Below, piece after piece: positions 58,300 to 64,000 of a stretch of 64,000 nucleotides of DNA. The translations under genes and the position numbers were made by a program. The DNA is from the human T2T-CHM13v2.0 reference genome, Homo sapiens. The stretch lies in the NCBI RefSeq assembly GCF_009914755.1, contig NC_060947.1; one strand, given 5' to 3'. Numbering within the stretch: position 1 is the stretch's first letter; every line of letters begins with the position of its first letter. The notes under the pieces are model-generated. The model had not been told where the DNA came from. It saw only the letters and a program-made list of their open reading frames with translations, and searched no databases.

Positions 58300-59039
58300 G
58301 TAAGTGGATATTCTTCATAATATTGCTTGTTTTGCCCAGATTACACCATTGAGATTTGATTATTGCCCTTCCATTTGCTCTTTCTGGTTTGACCTAGATA
58401 ATTTTTTTTTACCAGTTTACAGTTCTTTACCATTTTCTGAAATCATACACATTTGAATTAGATGCAATTTAGAAAAAAGGTAATATCTGAAGTATATTAA
58501 ACTACTTAAAGTAATGACAATATCTTTAAGAATCCAAAATGGGCTTGCCAATAATTGTACTTATAAAATATGGTTTTCTTTTAATTAGTCTCCTGTACTT
58601 CTGGTTTAACATTATAGCATAATATCAGTGTCTGTATGCCCCCGTCCTACTCTCCAATAAAATATTGAGGAAGAGACTCTGAAACCAAAACATGAGATTC
58701 AGAGATCAAAGCACTGAATGAAATAATGATGAGGAAAAATTATGGTGGATACACGGCAAATGGGATTGAACCGGAAAAAAAAAAGCCTTTCCCCTTTTGG
58801 AAACACTATGACCCATTAAGGTAGAAAGAAGACAAGAAAAGGCTTTGTCTGTCATTGTCAGCCTAGATTAGAAATCCAGGGTTGTTCCACTGGCCAGAAA
58901 ACTAGAAAACCACTTCCCTGAGGCACAGGGACCATTTATGAGATGGTCAGGGTCCTGCTCACCATTTCCTCCTTCCTAGCCACAGTTTAGGCTCCTATAT
59001 TTCTACCTCCACTGGGAAAGTGGTTCCTACACTTTCCTG

Positions 59040-59290
59040 ATTTATGTATTTAACAAATATTTATTGAGAATCTACTATAGCTAGGAACTATTCTAGGTGT
59101 GGAGAATATAGCAGTGAAAAAAGTGCCTTCTTAGTACTTAAGTACTAGTGGGAAAAGAAAGACAATAGACTAAAAACAATAAATGGATAAACTACGTAGG
59201 ATGTTAGAACATGATAAATACTATGGAAAAAATAAAATAAGAGGACAAGAGGAGTTGGGACTGTGGTGGATGAGCAATATAGTCAAGGTA
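59040..59290 (-). mobile_element. L2 3' fragment
   Basis: TTTAACAAATATTTATTGAGAATCTACTAT...ACTATTCTAGG...ATATAGCAGTGAA. Confidence 0.75.
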
Positions 59291-60238
59291 GGCCTTATTA
59301 AGTCATCAGAATCTTGTAGAAATGTATATATAAATATATGTATATGTATATATGCGTACGTAATATGTAATACAAATATGTAGATAGATATAGATAGATA
59401 GATGAATTTTACCCATGTTCAGAATTTCAAATTCAGTATCTGTGAGTGGGACCTCAGAATCTGCACTCCTTCCAATGAATTATTCACCTCGGTTTATAAA
59501 CATGTTTATGTCTCCTATCTTGAAATAAAATCAAATAATATATAAATAAGTAATTCCTGTGTTCCCCCTTTCCCCTACCCATGCAAACACTAACTCTCTT
59601 CTTTTCCCCCTAGCTAAATTTCCAGAAGTAATAATCTGTACTTAAGATATCCATTAAGTATATTTTAAATTTATCACACACATACATAGTGCTTATTAAG
59701 TGCAGGGATTCTTCTAAACACAACATAGGTAGTATTACTGTAGTCATTATTTTATCTCTATACTACATTGCCTCAGTCTTTTGAGTCATCCAGTTCTTCC
59801 CCGTTTCAATGTGTACCAGGGTAATTTAAGATAAACACAGTTTGCCTGAAAGAACATGAGGAAATTTTATTTGCACTAGGCAAACCATAAGTCATGGGAA
59901 TCCAGCAATGCTCTGTTTCATGACAGCTGCAGAGAGAGGCACGTTGACAAACATTATAGAAAGCTCTAAATATACATACCTTGTTTAATTTTATCCCAGT
60001 TCCTCCCACTCACAGTAATATAGCTTAACCACTTGCAGAGGAAGCAATAGAGGAAAATATAGAATAGACAAAATATAACAAATGAGTTTGTTGCTGCAAC
60101 CTATGCCTTCTGTCCTGGGAGATTCCACAGCGCATATCTTCTCAGTCTTGCCTCATTCTCGGATTCTTCAAATTGTTTATTATAAGACTCCTTGGCGCCT
60201 TGAGCCAAATCCCAGATTTTCTGTATTTATATACTCTC

Positions 60239-60263
60239 TGTGTGTGTGTGTGTGTGTGTGTGT
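60239..60263. repeat. (TG)12 microsatellite
   Basis: Read directly from the sequence. Confidence 0.95.
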
Positions 60264-61508
60264 ATTGCATTGGGGCATATAACTGGAAGTTTTAATATAA
60301 TGTTTCTTTTTTATTAAGAATTTCACAAGAGGTAACTTTGCTTACTGAAATAAAAGAAATGAAGGACATCCATTATACAGATGTCTGTCTATTTAAGAGT
60401 CCTTCTATCATAAATGTCAACAAACATTTAATACTCTAAGTACTGGTAATATTTTTACTCCAACCCCTTATTATCTTATATTGCTTATGTTTCTCATAGT
60501 AGATAATCCCTTTCCCTCATCTTTATTAACAGACAGCCTCACTGAAATCCAAGTATTTTCCTGTGTTAGTTGTTCCCCCTATCCTACTCCATGCTTCCGT
60601 GAAGACTAATGTATTAGCGTGCTTTATAATCAAGAGTAGTTCATAGGTAAGGCAGAACTCAGACAGTGTGGTAACTTCACACTATTTTTTCTTGACTGTT
60701 GGTCAAGATTTTCTGGAATTGGGTCTAGTTGCATCATGTGCATCATCTCAGCACAGTACTGAATATCTGAAAGAAACAAAAAACCAACATTGCTGTAGGG
60801 CAATATCAGAAGTTCAAAGTCATTAAAAAATAGTTTAAGCCCACATAATTTGAGCCCCTCATAAACTTTGACTCCATTTGGTTCTTGAAGTTTTGTATAA
60901 AATTCCAGGACTCTTTCCTCTTAACTAGATTCTGGACCTAAGCTCCTGTATCTGAACCCTAATCTTAGAACTTATTTCCTTCTTTTACATATTTTAGGTT
61001 TTGAATCTCTGCTCATTTCAAATCAGTTCTTGTGCTGTGTCTTGTTAATTACAAGGAATCAAAGTTTAAATCCATAGTCATCCTTATCTCCATATCTTTG
61101 TAATTTATTTCCAATCATTTTGGTTCAACCTCAGTTTTTTCAAATAAAAATAACACTGGAAATTCAGAAAATTTTAGGCATTTCTGACTCAATGCAAATA
61201 TCTAAATTTTGTATGAATTAAAGAATATATCAGAGATTGACATCCAGCTACCTTTAAAGATTTTAAGCTTGCCAAATTAAAATACCAATAATTCAAATAA
61301 CCCAATAAAAGTTTCTCCCCATTCTAATTAAGATTGCAAAGTTTAAAAAAGCTCCCACTACTGAAAAATATTAAATTTAGTATTATACAACATATTCATC
61401 TTCACTACCTTTTGCATTTGTTCACAAATGAAAAATTTAACTCACAGTCTCCAAAGTGTCAGCCAAATATTGGTGCTTTAATTTAGACTTAAAAATCTAA
61501 ACATTACA

Positions 61509-62970
61509 ATTGTGAATCGTGCTGCAATAAACATGGGAGAGGATATCTCTTTGACATACTGATTTTCTTTCCTTTGAATAAACACCCAGCAGTAAGATTG
61601 CTGGATGTTATGGTAGGTCTATTTTTAGTTTTTAGGGGAACCCCCATAGCATTTCCTATAGTGGTGGTAATAGTTTACATTTGAATAAACAGTTTTTAAA
61701 AATTCCATTTTTTCCACATTCTTGCCAGCATCTATTATTTTCTGCCTTTTTGATCATAGCCATTTTAACTGAAGTAAGGTGTTATCTTCTTGTGATTTTG
61801 ATTTGCATTTCTCTGATGATTAGTGATGTTAAGCATTGTTTCATATACCCGTTGGTCATTTGCATGTCTCCTTTTGAAAAATGCCTGTTTAGATTTTTTG
61901 TCCATATTTAAATCAAATTAATTGCCTTTTATTACTATTGAGTTGTTTGAGTTCCTTACACATTCTGACTATTAATCCCTTGTCAGATGGATAGTTTGCA
62001 AATATTTTCTGATATTCTGCAGGTTGTCTTTTCACTCTGTTTATTGTTTCCTTTGTTTGTGTGGAAGCCTTTTAGCTCAATGTAATCTTGTCTATTTTTG
62101 CTTTTGTTGCCTGTGCTTTTAAGGTCATGACCATAAAACTTTGCTGAGACCAATGTCCTGAAGGATTTCTCCAATATTTTCTTCTAGTTTTACAGTTTTC
62201 ATTGCTACATTTAAGTCTTTAATCCCATTTTCAGTTGATGTTTGTATATGGTGAGAGATAGGGGTCTAATTTTTTTCTTCTGCATATGGATAACCAGTTT
62301 TCCCAGCACCATTTATTGAGGAAGCTGTCCTTTCCTCAATGTACATTGTTGGCACCTTTGTCAAAAATGAGTTGACTGTAAATGTGTGGATTTATTTCTG
62401 TATTCTCTATTCTGTTCCATTAGTCTATGTGTCTGGTTTTATGTCATCAACAGATGAATGGAAAATGTGGTACAGGTACACAAGGGAATATTATTTAGCC
62501 ATAAAAAATAAAATCCTGTTATTTGCAGCAACATGGATGAAATTGAAGAATGGAATTGAAGTGAAATAATCCAGGGAAAGAATGACAAATATCACATATT
62601 CTCATTCATATGTGAGAGCTAAAAAATAATCTCATGGAGGTAGAGAGTAAAATTGTGGTCACCAGAGGCTGGAAATTGCAGTAGGGAGGGCGGGATAAAA
62701 AGAGATGGTTAATGGGTGCAAAGATACAGTTAAATAGAAGGAATAAGTTCTAAGTTTTGACCACAGTAGGGGAAATATAGCTAGCAATAATTTATCGTAT
62801 ATTTCAAAATACCTGGAAAAGAAACTTCAGATTGTTCTTAATACAAATGATAAAATTTTTAGGTGATGGGTATCCCAAACACCCTGACTTCATGGTTACA
62901 CATTGCATGCATGTATCAACACATCATATCAAGCCCATAAATATGTATAACTATTATTTATTATTTAAAA
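61509..62970 (+). mobile_element. L1MA4/5-like insertion with 5' inversion (61509-62443 minus; 62444-62970 plus)
   Basis: Orientation switches at GGTTTTATG|TCATCAACAGATGAATGG; L1MA 3' UTR; TSD-like AAAAATCTAAACATTAC / AAAAACTAAATATTGC. Confidence 0.88.
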
Positions 62971-63039
62971 ACTAAATATTGCTTTTCTCATCTTAGTCTT
63001 TAGGCGGCTTTTAGTAGCTTCTTCATAACCTTAAACATT

Positions 63040-63200
63040 AGGCTACAAGCTGGCAGCTAGATTAGTAAATATGGCCAGAAAATACATTTTGTTTGGCCTT
63101 TAAGTTCTTTCTTTGACAAGTGAATTAGTAGCCACAGTTCAAAAATTGGGCAGAGACACACAAGAAAATTCATACTTTAGGTGTGGGCTCTCTCTTGCTT
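63040..63200 (+). mobile_element. MER102-like hAT fragment
   Basis: CATTTTGTTTGGCC...GAATTAGTAGCCACAGTTCAAAAATTGGG. Confidence 0.45.
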
Positions 63201-64000
63201 CACAGTCCCCGTTAGACTATTGACATCTATTTCTGTAGTTTGCCTCAATCATGCATCTAATTACATTTTTGATGCATACAAACACATTTGGAGAAAAAAT
63301 AATTTTCAAGAAGAATTCCTCAAAGTACAACTAAATCTTTTAAAGAGATTTTCCGACACAGGTATCACATTGTTCTCACCCTTGTTGAAGGGTAGACAGT
63401 CTCATGAAATAGATTTTGAAGCAATTATTCTCTAGAAAGTACAGATCAGCAGGCACTTAAAGGCCATTTAGCCTTTCTGAGCTTAAAAGCCATTTAGCCC
63501 TTCTGCAGATTCCCTGGCAGCAGTTTCAATTCAACATCCCTTTCATCAGTTAGTAAAAAGTTAGTGGGTGTGACCCTCTCTCTGAGAACTGGTGAGAGGG
63601 AAGACATTTTTTTGCTTTTGAGTGAAAGAAAAATAGCCCATTTAAACACAAAATAAACTTTAAAAGTAACAATGTTTCTTTAGAAATGATTTAAGGCAAA
63701 TCTACATGGGACTGAATATTTCCCATTCAAGCCTATGTCTTTTTCACATTCATATGTACAACATAAAAAAAAAGTAGTAATAGCCTTTCAGCCTGATAGA
63801 GACATACTCCACAATATTCAAAACGCACACATCATAATCTTAAAATATTAAGAAGATGGGTATTGATTAAAGAAAATTTTAGAATTAATTTCACCTTTGA
63901 AATAAACATATGTGTTTCTGGAGGTTTACAAATTAGAACAGCTTTGTCCAATTTAAAGATATTTGTATAAGGGAGGGATTAATTCTGCAAATAAACCCTT

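Noticed and set aside
58660-58820. Purine-rich exon-like segment ending AAG|gtagaa
   Set aside because: No AG acceptor after the pyrimidine tract and several stops; it may belong to the dead gene but cannot be supported.

Overview
Primate (human-like) AT-rich genomic DNA, about two-thirds interspersed repeats. It holds the 5' half of an LTR9/HUERS-P3-type ERV1 provirus, many L1 copies (L1PA, L1PB, L1MA, L1MC, older L1M), AluJ/S/Y, MIR, L2, THE1, MLT1/MLT2 and MER11A LTRs, and Tigger3/MADE1/MER DNA transposons. There is no intact protein-coding gene; the long ORFs in the track are decayed L1 or ERV frames. The main unexplained structure is a chain of about 14 exon-like segments on the + strand (14.6-58.3 kb), in the repeat-free islands. 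They have AG/GT boundaries, mostly compatible splice phases and protein-like translations broken by stops and 1-bp indels. I read this as a candidate dead multi-exon gene (unprocessed or unitary pseudogene) whose protein family I cannot name. Smaller points: a 33-bp retrotransposed micro-insertion of unknown origin, several templated-insertion repair scars, a full-length old L1 lacking its RT region, a twin-primed inverted L1 and a tRNA-Gly primer-binding site. Subfamily names come from recalled consensus sequences and need RepeatMasker/Dfam confirmation.
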